Of a DNA stretch of 64,000 nucleotides, positions 37,497 to 47,455 are shown one piece after another. The first letter of the stretch is position 1, and each line of letters opens with the position of its first letter. The DNA comes from Thermodesulfobacteriota bacterium (GTDB lineage: Bacteria; Desulfobacterota; Desulfobulbia; Desulfobulbales; SURF-16), in the NCBI GenBank assembly GCA_040755455.1, contig JBFMAY010000002.1, positions 128,001 through 192,000 of the forward strand, in the 5' to 3' direction. Made by a program: the position numbers and the translations under genes. The notes beneath the pieces were generated by a model. That model was not told where the DNA came from. It made no database searches and saw only the letters and a list, made by a program, of their open reading frames with translations.

Positions 37497-38642
37497 ATGA
37501 AACCGCTCATCGACACCCAGGAGTTTCTTTCCCTTTCATCCTTTCTCAACTATCAGCTTGCCGGCGAACCCGTCAACTGGCAGGGGATACTGAACCTGGT
37601 GCTGGGAAATCATCTGGCCCTGGACAAGGTCTCCGAGAGTTTTCTCATGGAGGCCCTGGAGTATCTCGGCGAGGCATACGGCAACCAGAAACGCTGGCTG
37701 GGCCCCCTTGCCATCCTTCATCCCATCCGCGCCTCCTCCCTGCTGGCCAGGGCTCATGCCCGGCCCAGCACCCTGGATCTGCTCACCGCGCTGCTGCACG
37801 ACAAGGAAGAGGATCTGACCCCGGACAAATACAGTCCAGAGGCCTGGCGCCGCCTCGATGCCAGGTACCGGCAACTCCTGGAAAAGATCGATTCCCAGTC
37901 CAACTGGTTTCTCAACGAACGCATCGCCTTTCTCGCCAAACCCAAGGGCCAGAAGTACACGGAATATCTCGGCCGCCTGCTGAAACAGGCGTGGATAACC
38001 CCGGAACTGGCGGTCATCAAGCTGGCGGACCGGCTGGACAATACCCTGGATCTGCGCATCGACCTGCAGGATTTCACCGACCGCGCCCGTTCCTTTCAGG
38101 TCATCTTCGATATCCTGTTTGTCAATTCCTATAAAGGGCTGCACCTCGGCCAGTCCCACCCCTCGGCCAGCAAAATCAACGGCGCCATGCGGCTTTTCCA
38201 GCTTTATAAAAACGTGGTTTTATTATCCATGCTGCGGGATGAGCAACTTCCCCTGGGAGAGGCGGCGCAGAAACTTTTTTATTCCCTGGCCGTGGCGAGC
38301 ATCAGGGAGGCCCAGACCATCATGCTGCATATCTTCGCCTATCACCTGACCTCCCCCGCCGATCAGCGCGCCCTGCTGCTCGAAGCCATGGACTATTCCC
38401 ATGGCGGCGGCTGCGACATCATCAGGGAGCAAGGACCTTCCGTGCTTGACGGTCTGTTCAGGAGACATTTTGTCTATGACAATAAGGAGATGAAAAAGAA
38501 AGGCCTTGATAGTCTGTACCAGGACAAAAGACTGATGGCGCTGGTGGCCGTCACCTTCCTGATTATTTTCGCCAACTTCATCAACAACGACGACTATGTG
38601 ATCAAAGGCATCTCGGCGGCCGGTATCATTGCCCAGCCGTGA
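37497..38642 (+). CDS. HD-domain protein of RelA/SpoT hydrolase type with C-terminal extension
   Basis: AYGNQKR..G.LAILHP, ALLHDKEED, IKLADRLDN. Confidence 0.75.
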   Translation: MKPLIDTQEFLSLSSFLNYQLAGEPVNWQGILNLVLGNHLALDKVSESFLMEALEYLGEAYGNQKRWLGPLAILHPIRASSLLARAHARPSTLDLLTALLHDKEEDLTPDKYSPEAWRRLDARYRQLLEKIDSQSNWFLNERIAFLAKPKGQKYTEYLGRLLKQAWITPELAVIKLADRLDNTLDLRIDLQDFTDRARSFQVIFDILFVNSYKGLHLGQSHPSASKINGAMRLFQLYKNVVLLSMLRDEQLPLGEAAQKLFYSLAVASIREAQTIMLHIFAYHLTSPADQRALLLEAMDYSHGGGCDIIREQGPSVLDGLFRRHFVYDNKEMKKKGLDSLYQDKRLMALVAVTFLIIFANFINNDDYVIKGISAAGIIAQP

Positions 38643-38675
38643 TCCCGGCCCGGGGATGGCCGCCCCCTCTTGCTT

Positions 38676-39545
38676 CTACCCCAGCCAGGGAAATAAATCG
38701 CGCAGCCGGTCATAGAGGCCGGGAAATTGCCCCTTGAGCCAGTCGGTCACCCGGCTGAGCAGATTGCGTGGGCTCTCGTCAAGGGGCACGGCTTTGCCTG
38801 CCAGCTGCAGCTCCAGCCTCTCCGCCCTCTTGCCCGGCGCCGGATGGCTGGCCAGGAAGGAATGGTTATCGCCCAGGGCGGCAAGCTTGCGCAGCGCGGT
38901 CACCGCATCCTTTGTTGCGTAGCCTTTGCCTTGAAGAAATGCCAGGCCGTAATCGTCCGCCTCTTTCTCCTCCAGCTGGGAGAACTGGGCGCCCATGAGC
39001 AGTTCGGTGAAGGCGCCCAGCTGCGACCTGGCAAGCTCGCCCACCGTGCTGTTCAACGAGGCGATCCCCTTGCGCACCGCACTGGCCGCATAGGCCATCT
39101 GGATTTTTTTGCGGATATGGTTCCTGGCCACATGCCCCATCTCGTGGCCGATGACAAAACGCAGTTCGCCATCGTCAAGCAGGTCCATGAGCCCGCTGTA
39201 AATACGGATGGTGCCGTCGGCCATGGCAAAGGCATTAACCTCATCGGCCAGATACACCTTATAATTGAAACGGAGCGCCCCTTCCTGCTGATGGTCACCG
39301 ACCAGACGCTGCAGCCGGCTGGCATAAGGGTCGCCGGGTCCGGCCACTCTCTGCCTGCCGTCGGCATACTGGGCCGACTGCAGCGCCATCTGCCGCACGG
39401 CCTCATCCGACAGGGTGACAGCCTTGGCGGCATCGAGTCCCGCCTCGGCCGCCATCCTGACATCGGTATCCTCACAGCCTGCCAGAAAAAGCAGACAGAA
39501 ACAGCAAAGCATGGTTACCTGGTGCCGCATGAATTTCCCCATCAT
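38676..39545 (-). CDS. M48-family metallopeptidase lipoprotein (LoiP-like)
   Basis: Lipobox LAGC, NAFAMADG, HEMGH, EKEADDYG, SHP. Confidence 0.9.
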   Translation of the reverse strand: MMGKFMRHQVTMLCCFCLLFLAGCEDTDVRMAAEAGLDAAKAVTLSDEAVRQMALQSAQYADGRQRVAGPGDPYASRLQRLVGDHQQEGALRFNYKVYLADEVNAFAMADGTIRIYSGLMDLLDDGELRFVIGHEMGHVARNHIRKKIQMAYAASAVRKGIASLNSTVGELARSQLGAFTELLMGAQFSQLEEKEADDYGLAFLQGKGYATKDAVTALRKLAALGDNHSFLASHPAPGKRAERLELQLAGKAVPLDESPRNLLSRVTDWLKGQFPGLYDRLRDLFPWLG

Positions 39546-39567
39546 GATCAATTCTCCGGTATCGTTA

Positions 39568-39915
39568 TCAGCAGGAAAGATGAAAAGCGGCGGCCACCTG
39601 CCGGCCGGCGGCCACCATGCGGTTGAATGATTCCACCGCGCTGGCGGTCGGCTCCACCACCAGTTCAATCCCCAGGTCCTGCAGCTCCGCGGCCAGTTGC
39701 CCGCTGACCCGCATGAGACCGGGTTTTCCTTTGCCGATGATGAGATATTGGGGCTTGGCGGCCAGGATGTCGGTCACATCATCCTTCTCCACCAGGTGGC
39801 CGGCCTTGCGCCACCAATCCGCCACCACCCTGCCGTTGATGATTTTCAGATCAGCATTATAGGCCCTGCCGGCAATAACCATCCTGCCAAACGAGTACTG
39901 TTCAATCATCGCCAT
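39568..39915 (-). CDS. Mth938-like domain protein
   Basis: IEQYSFG, WWRKAGH, IIGKG..G.M, AAFHLSC. Confidence 0.88.
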   Translation of the reverse strand: MAMIEQYSFGRMVIAGRAYNADLKIINGRVVADWWRKAGHLVEKDDVTDILAAKPQYLIIGKGKPGLMRVSGQLAAELQDLGIELVVEPTASAVESFNRMVAAGRQVAAAFHLSC

Positions 39916-39995
39916 CACCCTGATACAAATTTTCCCAGGCCATAGACCACACGCCCTATCCTTCTTGCCCTCTCCAACCTCAAGCCGAGCGGCCG

Positions 39996-40676
39996 TCACA
40001 GATCCTGCAGATACCTGCTGCCGTTGAGCTGTCGCATCTGCGCCGCGATCCACCGCCTTCTCTCCATGACATAGGCCGACGGCTTTCCCGCCTTGAGCAC
40101 CTTGGGGTTGGGCAGCACGGCGGCCAGCAGGGCCGCATCCCATTTGGTCAGCTCCGCGGGCTTCTTGCCGAACACATTTTCCGCCGCGGCATGCACTCCA
40201 TAGATGCCGTCGCCGAATTCCGCGATATTGACATACACCTCAAGAATCCGCTTCTTCGGCCACAGACATTCCAGCAGCACGGTAAAGTAGGCCTCCAGCC
40301 CCTTGCGCACATAGCTTTTCCCCGGCCACAAAAAGAGATTCTTGGCCACCTGCTGGCTGATGGTGCTCGCCCCCCGCAGACGGCCGCTCTTCCTGTTTTT
40401 TTCCAGGGCCTTGCCGATGGAGTCAAAATCGAAACCGGCATGGCTGGGAAACTTCTGGTCCTCCGCGGCAACCACGGCCAGCGGCAGGTGGGGGGAAATC
40501 GCCTCCCAGTCGACCCATTGATAGCGGATCAGGCGGCGAGAGTCGCTGCCGAAGAGCTGCGCCAGATGGCTTCCCACCATGAAGGCGCTGGTTGGCGGCG
40601 CAACCCAGCGCAGGCAGAGGATCAGGACAACCGGCAGGACGACGGCGGCCGCAAGCAGACCGCCGGCGCAGATCAT
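39996..40676 (-). CDS. mtgA: Monofunctional biosynthetic peptidoglycan transglycosylase
   Basis: AEDQKF..H.GFD, RGASTISQQVAKNLFLW, RKGLE; start uncertain. Confidence 0.92.
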   Translation of the reverse strand: MICAGGLLAAAVVLPVVLILCLRWVAPPTSAFMVGSHLAQLFGSDSRRLIRYQWVDWEAISPHLPLAVVAAEDQKFPSHAGFDFDSIGKALEKNRKSGRLRGASTISQQVAKNLFLWPGKSYVRKGLEAYFTVLLECLWPKKRILEVYVNIAEFGDGIYGVHAAAENVFGKKPAELTKWDAALLAAVLPNPKVLKAGKPSAYVMERRRWIAAQMRQLNGSRYLQDL

Positions 40677-40920
40677 GAGCCTGGCGGCCCAGCCCCGGCC
40701 GGCATTTTTCCTTCTTGAACGGCTCCGGGAAAATAAAGATCCGACGGCAGTATCCTCCTCACCGTAATCACCGCTGACAACTCGCAACGCCAACCCCTCA
40801 ACCGAGAATGGAGATAATATAAACAGCAATAGCGTATTATCAATGGCCGCGCCCATGGCCGGGGGTGGTCCCGCCAAGGCACCATGAGGCAGTTATTGAT
40901 AAAACGCTATTTTATGAATC

Positions 40921-41025
40921 TTGATAGCTTCGTAAAAAGTCACAGCACCGAATTTTCATGACGATAAATTAAAAAATTATCATGCACTGTACGGCTGCCG
41001 AGTGTTTTTTTTACGAGACAGTCAA
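40921..41025. mobile_element. MITE-like element of about 105 bp with imperfect terminal inverted repeats
   Basis: TTGATAGCTTCGTAAAAA ... TTTTTACGAGACAGTCAA around an AT-rich non-coding core. Confidence 0.6.
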
Positions 41026-41116
41026 TCTTTACCCGGAATGCAAGCCGGAGGATTGAAAAAAAATCCGTTTTCCTGCGGTAACAAAAATCAGGATGGCAGA
41101 AAGGGCGGACGGCGGA

Positions 41117-42931
41117 TCAAACCTCACCGCCCGCGCCGGCAGCGTCTTCCAGGGGCAGCGCCTCGATGGTCTCGCGCATGCTCTGCAGGTCAGTGAAAAA
41201 CTGGTCGCTTTTCTCGGCGATCATCTGCCGGGGCAGGCCCTGGTAATAGGCAATGCCCTTGAGAAGATTTTCCGTCATCTCCTGCAGGTAGCCGGGGGCG
41301 CGGGTGACGAGTCCGGAGGCGATTTTTTCCATTTCACCGTGCAGATAATCGACAAAAATGCCGATCTCCCGGACAAACATATGCTGCCGTTCCGGCCTGG
41401 TCAACAGGGAGTTTCTGCCGTAAATATGCCCCACCATCTCCTCCAGGGTGGCAACCTTGCCGAAATTGACAATGTTTGGCCCGCAGCAGACAGCCGGGTT
41501 GGCCGTCGGGTCGATACCGGTGGGCAGGGTGATGCAGCCGGCCAGATCATGGCAGATGCAGGACTTGGTCATCACCCCTTCCTGAATCCTTGCCAGCAGC
41601 GGCGGGGGATAACCCTCCTCCGGCAGGTGGGCCAGTTTCTTTTTCTGGTAGGCACGGGAAGCAAGACAGATCGGCCGTTTGGTGAATTCCGTATTGATGG
41701 AGATATGGCCTTTGGGACAGGCGGAGCCGGGCTTGCCCTCGCTGATCCGCCGGCGCCTCGCCTCCTCGCTGGCCGAGGTGCGCAGGTTCCAGAACGGGAC
41801 GCCCAGGGGTGAACTGTCGCTGAGGTAGACATCCTCACTGGTGGCATTGAGCAGTTTCCGCAAATGGCCATCGTCAATATTGATCACCTCGGGAACGAGC
41901 AGGAAAGGGGTGCCCCAGCCCGTGCCGTCGACCCCGTAGTGTTGCAGCAGCAGCTGATCCTCGGCGGCGGTGCCGATGCCGCCCTGCACCGTAATGCGGA
42001 ATTGCTGCGGACTGTCCTGGGCCGGCCGGCCCATGGCGGCAGCAGCCTTGGCGTAAACCGTGTGCAGTTTTTCGCCAAGCTCCTTCTTTTTCTGCTTGAA
42101 CTCCTCGAGGATTGGGCCGAGGAGAAAGCCTTTTGAGGCAAAGGCATGGCCCCCGCAGTTCAGGCCGGACTCGATCCGGTATTCGGAAACCCACATCCCC
42201 TGTTTGGCCAAGAATTTTCCCTGGATTTCCGCCGAGCGGTAATCGCTTACCTTGAGAACGATCTTCTTCTTGCTGATCCCAAGCCGGTCCGGGAAAAAAT
42301 CCTCAAACGAGGCCAGGTAACTGTAGAGGCGCTTATTGATGCCGGCCGAAAAGACAATGGAGGAGCGGACCGTGCTCAGGGCATAGCCCCGCAGGGCCGC
42401 CATGGCATCGGAAAATTCCGGCCCCAGCTCCTTGCCGCGCAGATAATTGACCCGGTCGAGCTTGGTCATGATGTTGACGTCAATGGTGCCGGGCACGGCA
42501 TGTTCCCGCAGTATCTGCTGCAGCCTGGCCTTCTCCGCGGCATCGCCGGTGGCCAGCATGACCCGGTAGTCCTGTTTGATCGCCGCGCCCTCGGGCAGCA
42601 TTTCGTAATAGCGGGTGATGTCGCTGGCCGGCGTGAAAGGAGCAGCCTGCAGCTCCCGCACCTGTCGCTGGATCAGGCGGTCGAGCAGATTCAGGTAGGC
42701 GGTGATGCGCAGCGCCCGGGCGTCTTCTTGCCGGCTGGAAATTTCCTCATAGGGTTCTCCGGCCTTCTGGCAATGGTACTTGCGCATCTGCTCAATCAGC
42801 AGATCATCAACCAGCGAGATGACCGAGCTGATGCCGTATTTTGCCACGCGCAATGGCGTATCGATGGTAAACCCCGTCCCCATCACAGGGATATGAAATG
42901 TATGCGCACTCCCGAAAACTGAACTTGCCAT
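41117..42931 (-). CDS. Conserved hypothetical; probable FMN TIM-barrel (nitronate monooxygenase/FabK-like) with Cys cluster
   Basis: PVMGTG, FSAGI, ESGLNCGGH, QGGIG, GWGTPF, SPLGVPF and C..C..CxC in family order. Confidence 0.65.
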   Translation of the reverse strand: MASSVFGSAHTFHIPVMGTGFTIDTPLRVAKYGISSVISLVDDLLIEQMRKYHCQKAGEPYEEISSRQEDARALRITAYLNLLDRLIQRQVRELQAAPFTPASDITRYYEMLPEGAAIKQDYRVMLATGDAAEKARLQQILREHAVPGTIDVNIMTKLDRVNYLRGKELGPEFSDAMAALRGYALSTVRSSIVFSAGINKRLYSYLASFEDFFPDRLGISKKKIVLKVSDYRSAEIQGKFLAKQGMWVSEYRIESGLNCGGHAFASKGFLLGPILEEFKQKKKELGEKLHTVYAKAAAAMGRPAQDSPQQFRITVQGGIGTAAEDQLLLQHYGVDGTGWGTPFLLVPEVINIDDGHLRKLLNATSEDVYLSDSSPLGVPFWNLRTSASEEARRRRISEGKPGSACPKGHISINTEFTKRPICLASRAYQKKKLAHLPEEGYPPPLLARIQEGVMTKSCICHDLAGCITLPTGIDPTANPAVCCGPNIVNFGKVATLEEMVGHIYGRNSLLTRPERQHMFVREIGIFVDYLHGEMEKIASGLVTRAPGYLQEMTENLLKGIAYYQGLPRQMIAEKSDQFFTDLQSMRETIEALPLEDAAGAGGEV

Positions 42932-43118
42932 GTCCCTTGCAACGATCCCCGCATGAAGTAGTGAAAGTGTTAGCCGTATGTCGCAACCCTTATTTATACA
43001 CCGGTATAGACAATGATGCGATAAAATAAGGATTAAATCAATAGCAGGTTGGGCGGGAAATCTCAAAGAAAATATGCAGAGAGGGGCCTGATTTATTTCG
43101 TACCCGGCCCTTCATCCC

Positions 43119-44300
43119 TCAATCCGCCCCAGGGACCGCATAGGCCGAGGAGCCTCTGATCAGGCTGGTGGCGATCATGGTCAGCACCAGCACCAGGATG
43201 CCGATGATGAAAAACGACCAGCGCAGGCCGAGAAGGTCCATGGTGAAACCGGCGCCCAGGGAGCCGCAGAAGACCCCGACACTCATGGCCAGGCTGAAAA
43301 CGCCCATCATGGTGCCCTGGCCGTACTGCCGTCCCTCCTCCGTGGCAAAGGCGCCAAGGGTCGGCCAGATGATCGCCTCCCCCATGCCGAGCAGGACAAA
43401 GAGCACCAGCAGCCACCAGAAGCTGTCCGCCAGGGGAACCAGACACATGACCGCACAGATGACCAGGCAGCCGATCAGCAGCATGCCGGTCTTGTCCCGG
43501 CGGTCGGCCATTCTGCCGAAGGGCATCTGCAGCAGGGCATTTACCAGGGTCCGGCAGGCGATGACAATGCCGATCTCCATGCCGCTGGACCCAAACCACT
43601 GGTGCATGAGCAGCGGTAGAAAGGCCATGGTCGGCACCATGATGAGCATGGTGGCCATCCTGGCCAGCAGAATGCCGCCGGTTCTCCGGTGGGTAAGCAT
43701 GCGGCGCAGGGCCTCGATAATGCCCATGCGGCGGATGCCGAGATCCCTGGGTTCCGGCGCCGGCAGCTGTAAGCATACCAAGATCATTGCCAAAAAACTC
43801 AAGCCGGCCATGGCGTAAAAGGCGGAGGCCATGCCCCACAGGTCGGTAAAGAAACCGCCGAGCAGCGGCCCGCTGCCGATGCCGGTAAAAATGGCGATAT
43901 GCAGCAGCCCCATGGAGCGGCCTTCCTGGCCCACCGGCGACATATCGCTGACCCAGGCCATGGCCACCGGCACGATCATGGCCGACCCCACGCCATGAAA
44001 GGCCCGGATGACAATAAGATTAAGCACCGAGGTGGCCTCGGGCATGGCCAGGCCCACCAGGCCGTAAACCAGCAGGCCGCAGACCAGAAAACCCTTCCGG
44101 CCCCAGCGGTCGGACAGACTGCCGACAATGGGCTGGAAAATGCCGCGGGTGATGGAAAAGGCGGCGATGATCAGGCCCAGCGCCACCCCGCTGGCCCCCA
44201 GGCTGGTGGCAAAGACCGGCATGACCGGCACGATGATGCCGATGCCGAGCAAAGCTATGAAGATCGATAAAAGAAGGGTGACGAGCAAATGCCCCTGCAT
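43119..44300 (-). CDS. MFS transporter (DHA1-like)
   Basis: GSLSDRWGRK motif A; about 12 TM helices. Confidence 0.92.
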   Translation of the reverse strand: MQGHLLVTLLLSIFIALLGIGIIVPVMPVFATSLGASGVALGLIIAAFSITRGIFQPIVGSLSDRWGRKGFLVCGLLVYGLVGLAMPEATSVLNLIVIRAFHGVGSAMIVPVAMAWVSDMSPVGQEGRSMGLLHIAIFTGIGSGPLLGGFFTDLWGMASAFYAMAGLSFLAMILVCLQLPAPEPRDLGIRRMGIIEALRRMLTHRRTGGILLARMATMLIMVPTMAFLPLLMHQWFGSSGMEIGIVIACRTLVNALLQMPFGRMADRRDKTGMLLIGCLVICAVMCLVPLADSFWWLLVLFVLLGMGEAIIWPTLGAFATEEGRQYGQGTMMGVFSLAMSVGVFCGSLGAGFTMDLLGLRWSFFIIGILVLVLTMIATSLIRGSSAYAVPGAD

Positions 44301-44702
44301 GGCGGATTGTCCTTTTCCCGCCGGCTGCGCCGTGCCAGGCGGGCAATGACCGGGAAAGAGCTTTACCCATGGCAAGGAAACCCATGGGCAGAGCACGATA
44401 AAATGGCAGCTGTTTTTATTGAAAATACCACATTCTGGTCCCAACTTCGATCATTAGTCTCTTAATGACCTAAATGGTGAAACAAAAAAAGATTACTGTG
44501 GTCTGAACAGTTACACGCAGGCAGCAATCCCTGGACTTTGCCGGCTACCCGGGCTGAATGTCTGGCAGGCAATTTTTATGTTGGTACAATTTCCCTTTCG
44601 CGCCAAGAACTGTTACAGTGGCCGTGGCCCCGGGCCCATCGTTTTTCCCCTGCCGCCATGTGCAGAAGGGTCCATGCATCACAACCGCCGGAGAGAGACC
44701 GC

Positions 44703-45551
44703 ATGACAACGCCGCACGCCAAAAATTCCATGCTCTGCCCGAACTGCCGCCGCCTGATCAGCCGCGACGAGAGGGCCTGCCCATACTGCGGCACGGGAAG
44801 GCCCGGTTCCTGGTGGAAAAATAATCGTTTCACCGCGGGCTTGGCCGATGAAAGCCGGATCATCAACCTGATCATCGCCGCCAATATCGGCATGTACATG
44901 CTGTCCCTGCTGCTCAATCCGCGCAGCGCCGGGCTCGCCTTAAATCCCTTTGATTTTCTGTCGCCGAGTAACAGAAGCCTGCTCATCCTGGGCTCCACCG
45001 GCACGGTGGCCATTGCCGAACTGCATCGCTGGTGGTCCCTTGTCTCGGCCAATTATCTGCACGGCAGCCTGCTGCATATCGTATTCAACCTCATCGCCCT
45101 GCGGCAGATCGGCCCCCTGGTCCTGCGGGAATACGGCCTCTACCGGATGTTTGTCATCTATACCATGGGAGGGGTGGCCGGTTTTTTCCTCTCCTTTCTG
45201 GCCGGCATTCACTTTACCATCGGCGCATCCGCCGCGGTGTGCAGCCTGATCGGCGCCATGCTCTACTACGGCAAAAGCCGCGGCGGAACATACGGCCGCA
45301 ACATCTACAGCCAGATCGGGGCCTGGGCCGTCAGTATCTTTGTCTTCGGGCTGATCGTGCCGGGCATCAATAACTGGGGACACGGCGGCGGCATGGCGGC
45401 CGGGGCTCTGCTCGCCTTTATTTTGGGCTACCAGGAGCGGAGACGGGAAAATATCAGCCACAAATTCCTGGCCATCGGCTGCGCGGCCCTCACCGCCGTG
45501 ATCCTCTCCTGGGCCGCCCTGAACGGCATCCTTTTCCTCTTGCTGGCCTAG
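44703..45551 (+). CDS. Rhomboid intramembrane serine protease with N-terminal zinc ribbon
   Basis: CPNC...CPYC, LHGSLLHIVFN, GASA, HGGG. Confidence 0.92.
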   Translation: MTTPHAKNSMLCPNCRRLISRDERACPYCGTGRPGSWWKNNRFTAGLADESRIINLIIAANIGMYMLSLLLNPRSAGLALNPFDFLSPSNRSLLILGSTGTVAIAELHRWWSLVSANYLHGSLLHIVFNLIALRQIGPLVLREYGLYRMFVIYTMGGVAGFFLSFLAGIHFTIGASAAVCSLIGAMLYYGKSRGGTYGRNIYSQIGAWAVSIFVFGLIVPGINNWGHGGGMAAGALLAFILGYQERRRENISHKFLAIGCAALTAVILSWAALNGILFLLLA

Positions 45552-45790
45552 CAGGTTGCCTTCCTTTTTCTTGGCGACAGCTGCCTGATGAATAATTTCC
45601 TGTAAAAATTTTCTTCCCTTCTCCATAAAATGATCTTAATATCGTCTCTTGCACACATTACCTTCTTCCAGCAAAAATTCTGCAGATGTGATTTTCGTTC
45701 TTCACCGATACGGGTTCCTGTGGTGATCATTTGGCTGCCTGCCGCAGCCGGAGCCCCTGGCATGGACCATTACCCCTGTTATCCCATTGC

Positions 45791-47443
45791 ATGACACCTA
45801 TATTGTTGCAGCGCATATCCCGAGTCCTTCCCTGGCTCATCGGACCTCTTTATTGCGGCGTACTGGCCCTGTGTCTGGGGCAGGACGCCAACTGGGACCT
45901 GCGCAACTATCATTTTTACAACGCCTATGCCTTTCTGCACCAGCGGCTGGACTATGACGTGGCTCCGGCCCAGGTGGCGACATACTACAACCCGCTGTTC
46001 TATATCCCCTTTTATGAGGCGGTGTTGCGCCTGCCGCCGATGCTGGTCGGTTTTCTGCTCGGCGCGCTGCAGGGCCTCAACTTTCCGCTGCTGTTCGCCA
46101 TCGTCCGCAACGTCATGGCAGGTGAGCCAGCCACTCCCTGGTGGCGCGGTTTTCTCATTGCCCTGATCGGCGTGCTGGGCGCCGCCAATATCTCCGAGCT
46201 GGGCACCATGTTCGGCGACAATCTGACCAGCCTGCTGATCCTGGGAGCGCTCTGGTTGCTGCTGGCCAACTTCCGTAAGCTGACTGCGCCGGGGATGCCC
46301 GGCGCGCTGTTGCCCGTCATCACCGCCGGCATCATGATCGGCCTGGCCGCCGGGTTGAAACAGCCGGCTGCCGCCTTTGCCGTGGGCTGGTGCGTGGCCA
46401 TGCTTTTCCTGCCGCTGCCCCTTGCGCAGCGGATCAAACTGGCCTTTGTGTTCGGGGTGGGGGTGCTGGCCGGCATAGCCGGCAGCGGCGGCTACTGGCT
46501 CTATGAGATGTGGAACCGTTACGGCAATCCGCTTTTCCCGTATTTCAATCACATCTTCCAGTCGCCCATGGCATCCATCGCCGATTACCGGGACGCCCGC
46601 TTTCTGCCGGGCAGCCTGGTCAATGCCCTGCTCTTCCCCTTTATCATTGTCCTGGACCCGCACCGCACCGCGGAAATCCCCTTCCGCGACCTGCGTTTGC
46701 CGCTATTCATGGTGCTGCTGGCAGCAGCCGGGCTGTACGCCTTGCTCACCAAGGTCAGGGGCCGCTTGGCGCCATCAGCCGCGCCGGCCGCTCCCGCTGT
46801 TGCCCTGGCCCGGCACAAAAAACTTTTTCTGCTGATCGGCAGCCTGGTTGCCTATGCCGTGTGGCTGAAGATTTTCGCCATCTACCGCTACCTGATGCCC
46901 CTTGAGATGCTGGCCCCGCTCGGCATCTGGCTGCTGCTCGATACCCTGCCCTGGCGGATGCCGGCAAAAAATTATGCGGCCCTGGGCTGCCTGGTCCTGC
47001 TGCTGGTCACCCTGCGGCCCGGCAACTGGGGCCGGATTTCCTGGGGCGATGACTATTTCGGGGTCAAGCCGCCGGCGCTGGCCGATCCGGCCCGTACCAT
47101 GGTGCTCATGACCGGGGTTGACCCCATGGCCTATGTCATCCCCTTTTTTCCTGAACCGGTGCGTTTTCTCCGCATTCAGAGCTATTTCACCGGGCCGTCC
47201 GACACACCCAACGGGTCCGATCGTCTCATGCAGCGGCTGATCGCCGAACATCGCGGACCGCTCTTTGTGCTGTACCGTATTTATGAGGAAAAGCAGTGCA
47301 GAAACGCTTTGCAGGATTACGGGCTGACCATCGACAGCAATGATTGCCGGGCGTTCACCCCTCATATCATCGAGGAATATCAACAGTTTCCGCTTATGTT
47401 CTGCGCCGTGGCGCGCACCGATACCTTCAACAATAACCAATAG
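45791..47443 (+). CDS. Polytopic GT-C-fold glycosyltransferase-like membrane protein
   Basis: QDANWDLRNYH first loop, GLK, GNPLFPYFN, RY; upstream of GT2 and GtrA. Confidence 0.7.
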   Translation: MTPILLQRISRVLPWLIGPLYCGVLALCLGQDANWDLRNYHFYNAYAFLHQRLDYDVAPAQVATYYNPLFYIPFYEAVLRLPPMLVGFLLGALQGLNFPLLFAIVRNVMAGEPATPWWRGFLIALIGVLGAANISELGTMFGDNLTSLLILGALWLLLANFRKLTAPGMPGALLPVITAGIMIGLAAGLKQPAAAFAVGWCVAMLFLPLPLAQRIKLAFVFGVGVLAGIAGSGGYWLYEMWNRYGNPLFPYFNHIFQSPMASIADYRDARFLPGSLVNALLFPFIIVLDPHRTAEIPFRDLRLPLFMVLLAAAGLYALLTKVRGRLAPSAAPAAPAVALARHKKLFLLIGSLVAYAVWLKIFAIYRYLMPLEMLAPLGIWLLLDTLPWRMPAKNYAALGCLVLLLVTLRPGNWGRISWGDDYFGVKPPALADPARTMVLMTGVDPMAYVIPFFPEPVRFLRIQSYFTGPSDTPNGSDRLMQRLIAEHRGPLFVLYRIYEEKQCRNALQDYGLTIDSNDCRAFTPHIIEEYQQFPLMFCAVARTDTFNNNQ

Positions 47444-47455
47444 AGGAAAAAACAA

